Below, one piece after another: positions 36,594 to 45,169 of a stretch of 64,000 bases of DNA. A program made the translations under genes and the position numbers. The DNA comes from a virus. The stretch is taken from positions 3,332 to 67,331 of the IMG/VR virus record IMGVR_UViG_3300017605_001118; one strand, 5' to 3'. Numbering within the stretch: the first letter of the stretch is position 1; every line of letters starts with the position of its first letter. The notes beneath the pieces were generated by a model, which made no database searches, was not told where the DNA came from, and worked only from the letters and a program-made list of their open reading frames with translations.

Positions 36594-36932
36594 TCAGGCC
36601 GCGAGGCGCAGGGCGTCGGCGGCGAGCTTGTAGGCGGGGACGCGGGGGCGGTAGGTCTTGGCGGCTGCGGCGACCTGTTCCGGGGTGTAGCGAGCAACGT
36701 CGCGCATCCGGCGGCCAGCGTGGACCCGGCCCGGGGTGGCGGTGAGGTTCAGCTTGGCGGCGTTGCGACGGAGCGAGCCGGCCACGGTGCGGGCCTCCCT
36801 CGGACCGAGGCCGGCGGCCATGGCGTGGGTGGCAAGGGACGCCGACCCCTTCCGGGCAATCTTCGCTGCGGCGCGGTTGGTGCGGACACGGGCCTTGAGG
36901 GCGCTGCGCTCGGTGCGGGCCTTGGCGTTCAT
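36594..36932 (-). CDS. highly basic Ala/Arg-rich protein (possible DNA binding)
   Basis: First gene after promoter 36955; GGGAG RBS. Confidence 0.7.
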   Translation of the reverse strand: MNAKARTERSALKARVRTNRAAAKIARKGSASLATHAMAAGLGPREARTVAGSLRRNAAKLNLTATPGRVHAGRRMRDVARYTPEQVAAAAKTYRPRVPAYKLAADALRLAA

Positions 36933-36954
36933 TTCGTTCTCCCTGCGTTCCTGG

Positions 36955-37003
36955 TTCCTTGCCTACGACTCAATTAAAGCATGGATTGTCAGTCCGGTGC
37001 AAG
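36955..37003 (-). promoter_or_regulatory. repeated promoter copy
   Basis: TTGCAC-18-TTTAAT; preceded by hairpin 37006-37036. Confidence 0.8.
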
Positions 37004-37049
37004 GGGAAACCCCGGACCAAGTTGGCCCGGGGTTTCTGTGGATCTTGAT

Positions 37050-37361
37050 TCAGCTGACGAGGGCTTCGAAGCGAGCTACCGTCTCGGCGTGGCCCCGCAG
37101 AGCCTCCGCCTCAGTGGAGTACCTGGTGCAGTCCAGCTCGGTGCTGAAGTCCCCCGCGGGAAACACCATGGTCTCGAAGAGGATTGGCACGCTGCCGAAC
37201 CCGTGATCGATGCCCAGCCACACAGTGGAGACCAGGTAGCGAACCTTTCCTGAAGAGTCGTTGATCTCGGCGTGGCCGACTTTCCGGTAATCACGGTCCT
37301 TGAGCAGGGCCGACATTGCGTCTAGATTCAACGGGTTCCCCCGGCGGTCGAGGTAGGTCAT
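37050..37361 (-). CDS. hypothetical protein
   Basis: VSTVWLG.DH.FG..P.LFETMVF...RY.T..EA..GH motif common in actinophages. Confidence 0.75.
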   Translation of the reverse strand: MTYLDRRGNPLNLDAMSALLKDRDYRKVGHAEINDSSGKVRYLVSTVWLGIDHGFGSVPILFETMVFPAGDFSTELDCTRYSTEAEALRGHAETVARFEALVS

Positions 37362-37384
37362 CGGTTCCTCTCCTTCGTCGTCCG

Positions 37385-37433
37385 TTCCTTGCCTACGACT
37401 CAATTAAAGCATGGGTTGTCAGTTCAACACAAG
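37385..37433 (-). promoter_or_regulatory. repeated promoter copy
   Basis: TTGTGT-18-TTTAAT; preceded by hairpin 37433-37460. Confidence 0.8.
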
Positions 37434-37474
37434 GGGCCCGATCCAAGTGGACCGGGCCCCGAGGTCGGTTCAAC

Positions 37475-38041
37475 CTAGTGCTCCATCACCGAGGCCCAAG
37501 GTCCGTACAGGGTGTTGAAGTGCTCTTCGGTGATCAGGTCCTTGACGATCAGTGCGAGAACCGCATCGCTGACGGAATCCCGCACGATGCGAGGAGTGAC
37601 CTCCCAAACGGCCTCGTTCGTGGGGATTGCGAGATCTTCCCCGAAGGGCCAGGCAGCCTCCCAGGCGGAGAACCGCACCAATCCCTCCGCGCTCTCCTGA
37701 GCGACAAGGAGAGCCGCCTGTTCTTCGGAATCTATGCGGGACGCTCGCTCGATCAGCTCCGTTACCTGTTTGCCCCGCGGACCGAAGACCCGGTGCGCAT
37801 CGATCTCACGGACCACGCGAAGGACCGGAGGGTTCGTCAGACCTGGGTTGATTAGGGCGGATTCCACCTCGAACAGCCGACACGGCCAACGGCCTTCGGA
37901 CAAGGCCCGCGGCGGGGATTCGAAGAGGGACTGGTACTCGGACGGGAAGGTCCCCCCGCTGAACAGTGCCGCCGCATAGTTGACTCGGCCGGTGAGGAAA
38001 TCGACTCCGTCCGGGCTGGTCGTCTTGTAGTACGCCTTCAC
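37475..38041 (-). CDS. hypothetical protein; C-terminus paralogous to 50542-50835
   Basis: YYK....G.DF.TG, WPCRLFEVE, VFGP.G, DL..EEHFNTLYGPWASVME. Confidence 0.75.
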   Translation of the reverse strand: MKAYYKTTSPDGVDFLTGRVNYAAALFSGGTFPSEYQSLFESPPRALSEGRWPCRLFEVESALINPGLTNPPVLRVVREIDAHRVFGPRGKQVTELIERASRIDSEEQAALLVAQESAEGLVRFSAWEAAWPFGEDLAIPTNEAVWEVTPRIVRDSVSDAVLALIVKDLITEEHFNTLYGPWASVMEH

Positions 38042-38061
38042 GTTCTCTCCTTCGTCGTCCG

Positions 38062-38110
38062 TTCCTTGCCTACAGCTCAATTAAAACACAGATTGTCAGT
38101 TCAACACAAG
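38062..38110 (-). promoter_or_regulatory. repeated promoter copy
   Basis: TTGTGT-18-TTTAAT; preceded by hairpin 38110-38137. Confidence 0.8.
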
Positions 38111-38158
38111 GGGCCCGGTCCACTTGGACCGGGCCCCGGGACTGCGGAGTGGAATCAA

Positions 38159-38767
38159 TCAGCCGGCGAAGCAGTCCTCGCAGCCGTTCCGGGGCTGCCC
38201 CTCGTGATCCGAGCACTTCTCGCCCCACGTGCTGACCGGGTCGTCGGCGTCGGCCTCTTCTTCCTCGTTCGTCTTGGCGGATTCGTTGGCGACATCGACG
38301 GCGCAGTCGTAGGCGTAGTAGCAGCCTTCGTCATTGAAGGCGCCCCACTCGGTGCCGCCGTGACCCTTGGCGCATGCCGCGATCGGGTCGCCGGTCACGT
38401 CCGGGCGGGGAGTGTTGCCGTGAAGACACTGCGCAGCCGGCTGCGGCCAGTTCGGCAGACCCACCACGCTGGTGTCCCGGCGCATTTGGTCCGCGTACTC
38501 CAGCGCTTCCTCCAGGGACAGGCGGATGTTCTCCTCCGCCGATTCCTTGACCGTCGTCAGCTCGTCCACGAACTCCATGAAGGGCTCCCCTCCGGGGATT
38601 TCCGGGGTGGGGTCCCAGTGCACGGAGACGAACGCGCGGCCGTAGTTCTCGTGCTCCGGGTTGGTCACGGTGCCGCGGTTGCCTTTCTGCACGGTGCCGA
38701 ACTGACCGGCGTACCGGCCGACCGCGGTGGTGACCCGAGTACCGGCTTTGATCTCCGTGATCTGCAC
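38159..38767 (-). CDS. acidic hypothetical protein
   Basis: GGAG RBS after repeated leader; SH3-like N-terminus, Cys-containing acidic C-terminus. Confidence 0.7.
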   Translation of the reverse strand: MQITEIKAGTRVTTAVGRYAGQFGTVQKGNRGTVTNPEHENYGRAFVSVHWDPTPEIPGGEPFMEFVDELTTVKESAEENIRLSLEEALEYADQMRRDTSVVGLPNWPQPAAQCLHGNTPRPDVTGDPIAACAKGHGGTEWGAFNDEGCYYAYDCAVDVANESAKTNEEEEADADDPVSTWGEKCSDHEGQPRNGCEDCFAG

Positions 38768-38787
38768 GTTCTCTCCTTCGTCGTCCG

Positions 38788-38835
38788 TTCCTTGCCTACA
38801 GCTCAATTAAAACACAGATTGTCAGTCGATACAAG
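38788..38835 (-). promoter_or_regulatory. repeated promoter copy
   Basis: TTGTAT-17-TTTAAT. Confidence 0.8.
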
Positions 38836-38971
38836 TCTCACCGCTTCCGTCCCAACGTCACGCTGAGACCGACGCTGGCCGGAACCAGCGCGGCCAGGGC
38901 GTTGACCAGGTGCGTCAGCAGGACGATCAGAACCCCGATCCCAACGGTTCCGCAGGCGATGACCAGGAGAA

Positions 38972-39172
38972 CTACCGCCTGGTCAACTTCAACGTGACCC
39001 GGAAGCACAACTCGCCGATGCCCAGGCCGAGAGCCCCCATGACCAGGAAGACCCACACAGGAGCACTCCGGTCGGTGGGTGTCAGGCAGATCAGAAGGCA
39101 GACCGCCGCGCACCCCCGCCCCAGCGTCTGGATCACCCAGGCGGTCTCCTCCGCGATACGCAGATACCTCAC
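38972..39172 (-). CDS. small membrane protein downstream of traB-like gene
   Basis: GGAGGAG RBS; two hydrophobic segments. Confidence 0.55.
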   Translation of the reverse strand: MRYLRIAEETAWVIQTLGRGCAAVCLLICLTPTDRSAPVWVFLVMGALGLGIGELCFRVTLKLTRR

Positions 39173-39178
39173 GTTCCA

Positions 39179-41215
39179 TCACTCCTCCGTTTCGGGACGA
39201 ACGGCGTAACGACCGTTCTTCGGCTTGTGGATCCGGGGGTCCGCGTTCAGCCACCTGGCGATGACATCCGGATGCGGCGCCTTGACCTCGAGGTGCAGCC
39301 GCTTCACGACGTCGAGGATCGCGGCGGGACCTATCCCTTCGGGACCGGCTTGGGCGACGATGCCGAAGACGATCTCTTTGCGACGATCGGCTGACGCCGC
39401 CTGCGGATCACCCTCCACCGAAGGCGGGGGCGTCCAGACGGCTCCGCCCTCCGAAAGAATCTCCTGGAACCTCCGCTCCAGCTCCGGGTCATTGGCGGAC
39501 GTCTCGTTCAAGGCCTCGTGCAGCCGGTCCCGGACCGCGTCCGCGTCGTTCAAAGCGGCCTGGACGTCGGCGTCACGGACAACCGCCCCCGGCTGACCCC
39601 ACCCGTCGGTGACTCCGGTACGGGTGGGGGTAGTCGGCTGCTGAACCGGGGCCGTCCCCTTGCCGAACAAGTGGTCCGTGTTGTCCCACCGGTTGGTGTA
39701 CGCGTCGCCAGCTGCTTGGCGGGACAGTTCGTCCAGCGTCGGGTGCCGACCGACAGTGGCGTTGACGACGTCGGCGATCTGGCTGGGGCGGATCCGGTAG
39801 ATCTTGAACGGGGCCGCGGGTTCGTCCAGGACCTTGATGCCAGCCGTTCCCGGGTACGGGGTGTCCTCTGCGGTCAGCTTGTTGGACCACCCGAACGCGT
39901 AATTCATTTCGGTGTCGTCGGACTTCACCACGATCTTCAGTCCGGACTGCTTCAGGAACTGCGGCTCGGACAGCACGTCCTGGGTCACGCGCAGGGCGGA
40001 GATCAGGGCGTTGACCGCCACGGCGCGGGCCAGTTCCACCACGCGCAGCAGGATGTCCCCCGTTTCCCGGATGACCGGGTCCCGGCGGGCCTTGGGGGAG
40101 TACAGCTCCGCGATCTCGTCCCCCGCGATCAAGATCCCGGGGACCTGGGGGCTGACCGGCAGCTTGTCGTCGTTGGCCTGGATCTCCAGGTGCTTGTACC
40201 CGGGCTTCCTTGCGAGGGCAATGGCCAGGGCTGCCTTCGCCATCAGGAGAGCCTTCTCCGGGGTGTCCGCAACCCAGTCGATGGGGGACCGGTCTGGGGT
40301 CCCTGCGGCGTGCAGCCACGGCAGCGCAAGGTTGCCGCCGTTCAGGTCGATCACCCAGACCAGGTTGTCGTTCATCCGGGCGTACCCGGAGATCATCACC
40401 TGCATCAGGTTCGTCTTTCCGGACCCCTTACGACCGGATACCAGCGCCGTCAACTGCCGGGTGTTGGGGGCAACGACGCTCGCGTCCCGGTACACCCCCA
40501 GAGGGAGAGGACCGTTCAACGTCAGCGGCGAATAGTCCTCGGGGTAGAAGACATCGTCCTTCAGGGCATTGACCGTGGACACGTCGAAGAGAACCGCGCC
40601 TCGGTGGGCTCCCGGTTTCACGATGACGCCGCAACCCTCGGGGAGCTGCGCCTCCGAAGAGAGGCGGTCCTGGTAGGCGGCGAAATCCTTCCAGTGGGTC
40701 CCCCCGGAACAGTTGCCGTCCAGGGTGTACCCGGCGCCGGACTCCCACTTCTCGACACCGACGATTTCCACCTTGAGTTGAGGACAGACGTCCTTCAGAC
40801 GTTCCTCCCATTCCGCTGCCAGGCCGGTGCGCCACCGGGAAGACGCCTCCTTTTCGGCGGCCGTCTCCGCGTTGCGGTTGGAGACGTTCACCCCGGCCAT
40901 GGCCGTACCCAGGCCCAGCGTCAGAGACGCCAACGAGACCAGGCCCCCTGTTGACCACGGGCCGGCGGCCATGGCCCAGGAACACCACGACCCGGCACCG
41001 AGCCACGCCGCGGCCCGGAGACCCGCGGTGGCTTTTGTGACGTGATTCCGGAGACCCGCGATGTGTGTACCGACCATCCCCGCACCCGCCGCAAGAGCCG
41101 CCCAGCCCGGCGGAGCCCCTGTCGCGTGACCCGCCCAGGAAACCGTCAGCGCAGCCACGCCGCAGTTCAGCGGCCCCGTGAGGGGTCCGTGTCCCGCGTC
41201 CCAGTCCAGCTTCAT
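39179..41215 (-). CDS. traB: FtsK/SpoIIIE-family DNA translocase, Streptomyces plasmid TraB-like
   Basis: N-terminal TM helices, SGRKGSGKT Walker A, VWVIDL.GG, IAGDE Walker B, C-terminal winged helix. Confidence 0.8.
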   Translation of the reverse strand: MKLDWDAGHGPLTGPLNCGVAALTVSWAGHATGAPPGWAALAAGAGMVGTHIAGLRNHVTKATAGLRAAAWLGAGSWCSWAMAAGPWSTGGLVSLASLTLGLGTAMAGVNVSNRNAETAAEKEASSRWRTGLAAEWEERLKDVCPQLKVEIVGVEKWESGAGYTLDGNCSGGTHWKDFAAYQDRLSSEAQLPEGCGVIVKPGAHRGAVLFDVSTVNALKDDVFYPEDYSPLTLNGPLPLGVYRDASVVAPNTRQLTALVSGRKGSGKTNLMQVMISGYARMNDNLVWVIDLNGGNLALPWLHAAGTPDRSPIDWVADTPEKALLMAKAALAIALARKPGYKHLEIQANDDKLPVSPQVPGILIAGDEIAELYSPKARRDPVIRETGDILLRVVELARAVAVNALISALRVTQDVLSEPQFLKQSGLKIVVKSDDTEMNYAFGWSNKLTAEDTPYPGTAGIKVLDEPAAPFKIYRIRPSQIADVVNATVGRHPTLDELSRQAAGDAYTNRWDNTDHLFGKGTAPVQQPTTPTRTGVTDGWGQPGAVVRDADVQAALNDADAVRDRLHEALNETSANDPELERRFQEILSEGGAVWTPPPSVEGDPQAASADRRKEIVFGIVAQAGPEGIGPAAILDVVKRLHLEVKAPHPDVIARWLNADPRIHKPKNGRYAVRPETEE

Positions 41216-41217
41216 GG

Positions 41218-42507
41218 TCAGTAGCTCCCGTCATTGGACGCGATGTCCCACATGCGCTCGCCCGTGCGCGGGTTGCGGTGACGCTCCAGGTCGGGGAGGT
41301 GCAGCTTCTCGAACGCGGGCTTCAGCTCGGAAGCCATCTCCGCGGCCCGGATCTGAAGCATGTAGACCTGCTCCATCATCTGGACGATCTGAGGATCCAA
41401 GGGCTGCTTCGCGTTGGCGTTCTCAACAGTCACCTTCAGGGCTTCGGCCACCAGACGGAGGGCCTCTTCCAGGCCGATGAAGTCCTGCCCGACTTGAAGC
41501 ATTCCCTGCGGGTCGTACTGGGCTGCGGCTGCGGCCATTTGTTCGGCCGGCGCGACGAAGTGGTGTCCGGGCATCGTGATTCCTTGTGTGGAAGAGGTCG
41601 GTTCGGTGGACGGGGCTGTAGTTCCGCGGACGGAGTCCGTTACTTCCTTCGGGACCCGTTCGGCACGGGCCTTACGCCGACGAGTCCAGGCTTCCCTCAG
41701 TCGGGTCAAGGCAGCGCGGAGACTCCGGCGGCGTACTGCGGTCCAGAGTGCGGGGACCGCGGCCTTGATTCCGTCCGCGACCGCACCCCGCGCCTTCCTG
41801 GACCGGTCCGCAGTCCAGGTCTTCTGGACGCCGCGGCCCATGGCCTTGACGGCAGCAGGCGCCTTCTCCCGGGCAGCCTTCACAACGGCTGCCTTCAGCG
41901 CAGCGGACTTCCCTCCGCCACCGAAACGTTGACCGTTGCGCCGTTGCGTTGCGTCGTTAAGCTTCTGGTTCCCGTTGGCGTCGGCGTTGCGCCGCCGACT
42001 CTTGCGCGTTGAGTTGAGACGCTGAGACGCAACGCCGTTGAGCGTTGACCCGTTGCGTTGACCGTTGGGAGTCCCGGCGTTGCGTTGCCGGGACGTTGAC
42101 CGTTGACCGTTGGGCGTCCCGGCGTTGCGCAACGGCCGTTGCGTCTGGGAGTTGAGCGTCCCAGCGTTGCGTTGCCGGGACGTTGGGGCGTCGTGTCGAA
42201 GCGTTGTGTCGTTGCGGTGTACCCGGTTCCGGCGAACGGTGTGCCGGCGCTTCGCAACGGCCGTTGCACCCCCCACAACGGCCAGGGCGCCGACTACGGC
42301 AACGGCCGTTGCACCTCCCAGTTCGTAGGTTCCGGTCGCAGCGAGGCCAACTGCGTTACCCGCGGCCGCCAGGGCCGGCGCCACAGGCATACCCCGCTGA
42401 GCCTTGGAGCGTCGCTCCGGGACCGGTTCAGCGACGGGACGGGCTGGGGTCCAGTCCGCCGTGGGTGCCTTGACAGGGGCCTCCGGTACGGCCGTCTTCG
42501 TGGTCAC
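41218..42507 (-). CDS. TraA-like plasmid transfer accessory protein
   Basis: Directly upstream of traB-like gene; TM segment, repeat-derived basic region, helical C-domain ending H..DL.R...PR.GE..WD. Confidence 0.6.
   Translation of the reverse strand: MTTKTAVPEAPVKAPTADWTPARPVAEPVPERRSKAQRGMPVAPALAAAGNAVGLAATGTYELGGATAVAVVGALAVVGGATAVAKRRHTVRRNRVHRNDTTLRHDAPTSRQRNAGTLNSQTQRPLRNAGTPNGQRSTSRQRNAGTPNGQRNGSTLNGVASQRLNSTRKSRRRNADANGNQKLNDATQRRNGQRFGGGGKSAALKAAVVKAAREKAPAAVKAMGRGVQKTWTADRSRKARGAVADGIKAAVPALWTAVRRRSLRAALTRLREAWTRRRKARAERVPKEVTDSVRGTTAPSTEPTSSTQGITMPGHHFVAPAEQMAAAAAQYDPQGMLQVGQDFIGLEEALRLVAEALKVTVENANAKQPLDPQIVQMMEQVYMLQIRAAEMASELKPAFEKLHLPDLERHRNPRTGERMWDIASNDGSY
41925..42215. repeat. 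dense CGTTG/CAACG microrepeat array (clt-like)
   Basis: About two dozen CGTTG in ~290 bp; further clusters at 43890-44115 and 44555-44785. Confidence 0.8.
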
Positions 42508-42866
42508 TGGGTCACCTCGTGGTTCTCTCGCGGCTCGTGACAACCAGCGCACAGATCTGGAGCCACCGGGTTCCCCTCGAAGCCGGGGCACCGGGCGTCT
42601 GCCTCGAAATTGATGGCCGGATACAGGTCCGGAAAGGCGAGACAAGCGGTGACGACCGTAGAGAGGACCCAACTGTCCTTCGGGTGCTTCTCTCCCTGCG
42701 GATGCATCTTGCCCTGGACGTAGCCCATAACCGCGGCGTCCTTGACGAGGGCGCGCTCCCGGTCAGTGAGTGAAGCGAAGAAGGCGGCCGAAGCCGCGGT
42801 GCGGTCCGCGTCCCGCTGCTCCAGGTAGTCGATCAGAAACTCGTCGGTGAAGTTGTTCTCGGTCAC
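42504..42866 (-). CDS. hypothetical protein
   Basis: GTGA-coupled; LTDRERALVKDAAVMGYVQG. Confidence 0.65.
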   Translation of the reverse strand: MTENNFTDEFLIDYLEQRDADRTAASAAFFASLTDRERALVKDAAVMGYVQGKMHPQGEKHPKDSWVLSTVVTACLAFPDLYPAINFEADARCPGFEGNPVAPDLCAGCHEPRENHEVTQ

Positions 42867-43195
42867 GGCGTCACCCCGCGGAGGATTGCGTCGGCCAGGG
42901 CGAGGGCGGCGCGGTCCCGATCTGACACAAGCAACCTCGCCCTGTCCCTGACCCCCCAATAACGAGCTGTCGACTCCAGCCACGCGGCGAGTGCTCCCCC
43001 GATCCCCGGGTACATGAGCGCGATCCACGTGGCGTCGGCCCGGCTACAGGGGTGCGGGTGTCCGCCCCGGATGACGCGGGAATCTCCGCCTTCGATCGAC
43101 TCAACCGCGGTCCAGGGCCCCTGCGTGGCGGTCTCAGCGGCCTCGCGGATCAGGGTGGCGGCTTCGCGGAGCCTGATTGCGGGATCTTCGGTCAT
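42863..43195 (-). CDS. hypothetical protein (Ead/Ea22-like N-terminus)
   Basis: A..AT.GPW ... ADA.WIA.M.P....ALA.WL. Confidence 0.7.
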   Translation of the reverse strand: MTEDPAIRLREAATLIREAAETATQGPWTAVESIEGGDSRVIRGGHPHPCSRADATWIALMYPGIGGALAAWLESTARYWGVRDRARLLVSDRDRAALALADAILRGVTP

Positions 43196-43256
43196 GACTT
43201 CTCTCCTCGGTTCCTACTCCGACTCCGACCGGTCGGGTATGGGGTCTATGCGCAGG

Positions 43257-43625
43257 TCAGGAGGTACACGGGTTCCTACTCCGACCGGTCGGAGTCGGCC
43301 CGTACAGACGGGCCAGCCGGGCGGATACTGTCAACAGATTTCGGATCTCGCGGAACGTTCGGCCGGGAGCGGCCTCCCACAGGACGTAATCGATCATCGG
43401 TGCCTCTGATCCGGCGTCCAGCAAGAACTCGATACACCTTCCGGCGACACGCTGAAGGTCGACGTCACCACCTAGTGCCTCGAATATCCCGAACGGGTTG
43501 GCTCCGTTCGGCTCCCAGCCGTCCCTCTCCAGGACTGCGAGCGCTGCTTCCAGGTGCACGGCCACATCTTCTCCGGCGACGAGACGACCCGTGGGTCCGG
43601 TCCAGATCCAGTCGTGCGGTTGCAT
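43257..43625 (-). CDS. hypothetical protein
   Basis: GGGAG RBS after structured repeat; L...GW...W...PGRT..E. Confidence 0.65.
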   Translation of the reverse strand: MQPHDWIWTGPTGRLVAGEDVAVHLEAALAVLERDGWEPNGANPFGIFEALGGDVDLQRVAGRCIEFLLDAGSEAPMIDYVLWEAAPGRTFREIRNLLTVSARLARLYGPTPTGRSRNPCTS

Positions 43626-43639
43626 GACGTCTCTCCCTT

Positions 43640-43701
43640 GTCTGAGTACCTCGCAGGGTGCACGGAGGTGAGGCCGTGCACCCGGGCGGTCGTCAGGCGT
43701 T
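43640..43701 (-). repeat. 62-bp structured intergenic repeat, copy 2
   Basis: Near-identical to 36061-36122. Confidence 0.8.
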
Positions 43702-44700
43702 CTTGCGGGTGGCCAGCTTTTCCAACAGGAACACCTCCACGACATCCCTGTCATGGAGGGCTCCGTCGACCTCGACTGCCGTGGGAAGCTTTTTGTTGTG
43801 GCGCCAACTCCGGACGGTTGACTCCGCGGTCGGCATCCCCAGCTCGGCGGCACGCTTCACGACATCCGCAGTAGTCATGTACTGGGACGTCTCAACGTTG
43901 ACCGCGGGACGCTGCACCGGGACGGGCGTTGACGGCAACGCAACGGGTGTCTCAACAGCGGGACGCTGCACCTCAACGGGCGTTGCAGTCTTCTCAACGA
44001 CCGTTGACGGCAACGCAACGGGCGTTGCAGTCTCTTCAACGCTGGGACGCTGCACCTCAACGGTCGTCTCAACGGGACGAGACGCGTTGAGCGCGAGGCG
44101 TTCGGCGTTCGTTGCGTCCTGCGTCCGCATCAACTGGCGTTGCACGGTGGCCAACGCCTTCTGGGCGTGGACGTCGGCCAGTTCTCCGTCCACCCACGCC
44201 TGTTGCACGGGGAGCAGCTCGCGGACCGTGTACCGCATCAGGACCAGCCACATGCCCTTGGCAATGGCGGAGACCAGGGCGCCGACGACCCCTACGATCA
44301 AGGCGCCCTGTTCGTAGCCGTGGATCGTGATGGCCGACATGGACAGGAACAGAGCGCCCCAGCCTGCACGTCGCGGCAGGGCTGCCTTGGCCGGCTCGTA
44401 GCGGCTCAGCCACTCCACCGTGAGGCAGGTGATCCAGGCCAGGTCGAAAACGCCGGCCACCAGGAAAGCTGCCCACGAGGGGGCCGAGGCCGACAACAGG
44501 GAGCCGATGGACACCGTGGACCAGATCACGGAGCCGAGGACGACGGCCGTTGTCATCAACACGGCCGCTCGCAACGCAACGCGGTCCAGGTCCCGGGGTG
44601 CAACGGCCACCTCAACGCTGTAGGTCTCCGGGACGCTTCGCGTTGTGCCGTTGACGGTGTACTCCACCATCCGCGTGCGCTGCTCGGTGCGTGTCTTCAC
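43693..44700 (-). CDS. SpdB-like plasmid spread membrane protein
   Basis: Four TM segments (WST.SIG.LL, FDLAW....EW..RY, VS..AKG.W), repetitive linker, C-terminal HTH (STVRSW). Confidence 0.65.
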   Translation of the reverse strand: MKTRTEQRTRMVEYTVNGTTRSVPETYSVEVAVAPRDLDRVALRAAVLMTTAVVLGSVIWSTVSIGSLLSASAPSWAAFLVAGVFDLAWITCLTVEWLSRYEPAKAALPRRAGWGALFLSMSAITIHGYEQGALIVGVVGALVSAIAKGMWLVLMRYTVRELLPVQQAWVDGELADVHAQKALATVQRQLMRTQDATNAERLALNASRPVETTVEVQRPSVEETATPVALPSTVVEKTATPVEVQRPAVETPVALPSTPVPVQRPAVNVETSQYMTTADVVKRAAELGMPTAESTVRSWRHNKKLPTAVEVDGALHDRDVVEVFLLEKLATRKNA

Positions 44701-44840
44701 GATCTCTCCTCCTTGGCATTCGTTGAACCGAATTAATTATTTCACAACGCAACGCGTCCCGTCCAGACCGTTGACCGTTGCGTCCCGGAGACGACGAAAC
44801 GCCCGACGCGTTCCGCCGGGCGTTTCAGAGGTGTTGCGTT

Positions 44841-45095
44841 CTACTCGGTCCAGCCGGGAGGACACCACACCGGGTTTCCCTTCGCGTCCAGGCACTTATC
44901 CACCAGACCCTTGGACCGCAGACGGGTCAGGGACAGGTACGTCAGCGGAGCCGTCAGGTCCAACCGGTGCATGATGTCGTTCCGGCTGAGAGGTCCCCGC
45001 TCCTCGACCACGATGAGGCGCCGCACCGCTTCGTCCCGGGCCGCCACCTTCAGATCCTTCGGCCGGCCCCGCTTCACCTGAGTCTCGGTCTCCAT
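44841..45095 (-). CDS. winged-helix DNA-binding protein
   Basis: RGRP, SRNDI...L.L....YLSL.RLR..GLV. Confidence 0.75.
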   Translation of the reverse strand: METETQVKRGRPKDLKVAARDEAVRRLIVVEERGPLSRNDIMHRLDLTAPLTYLSLTRLRSKGLVDKCLDAKGNPVWCPPGWTE

Positions 45096-45169
45096 CGCTT
45101 CCTCTCCTCTACACAGAACGGCGCCGCACCGGGACCAATCCTCCGGTGCGGCGTCGTGTCACAGGGTTA

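Noticed and set aside
36955-38835. Repeats with unique intervening sequence as a CRISPR array
   Set aside because: Intervals are 400-700 bp whole genes and the repeats are promoters; no cas operon. The Cas4-like fold at 45902 is a common phage exonuclease.
43640-43701. Hammerhead ribozyme (CTGACGA on the minus strand)
   Set aside because: No GAAA core, and the other copy reads CTGATCA.
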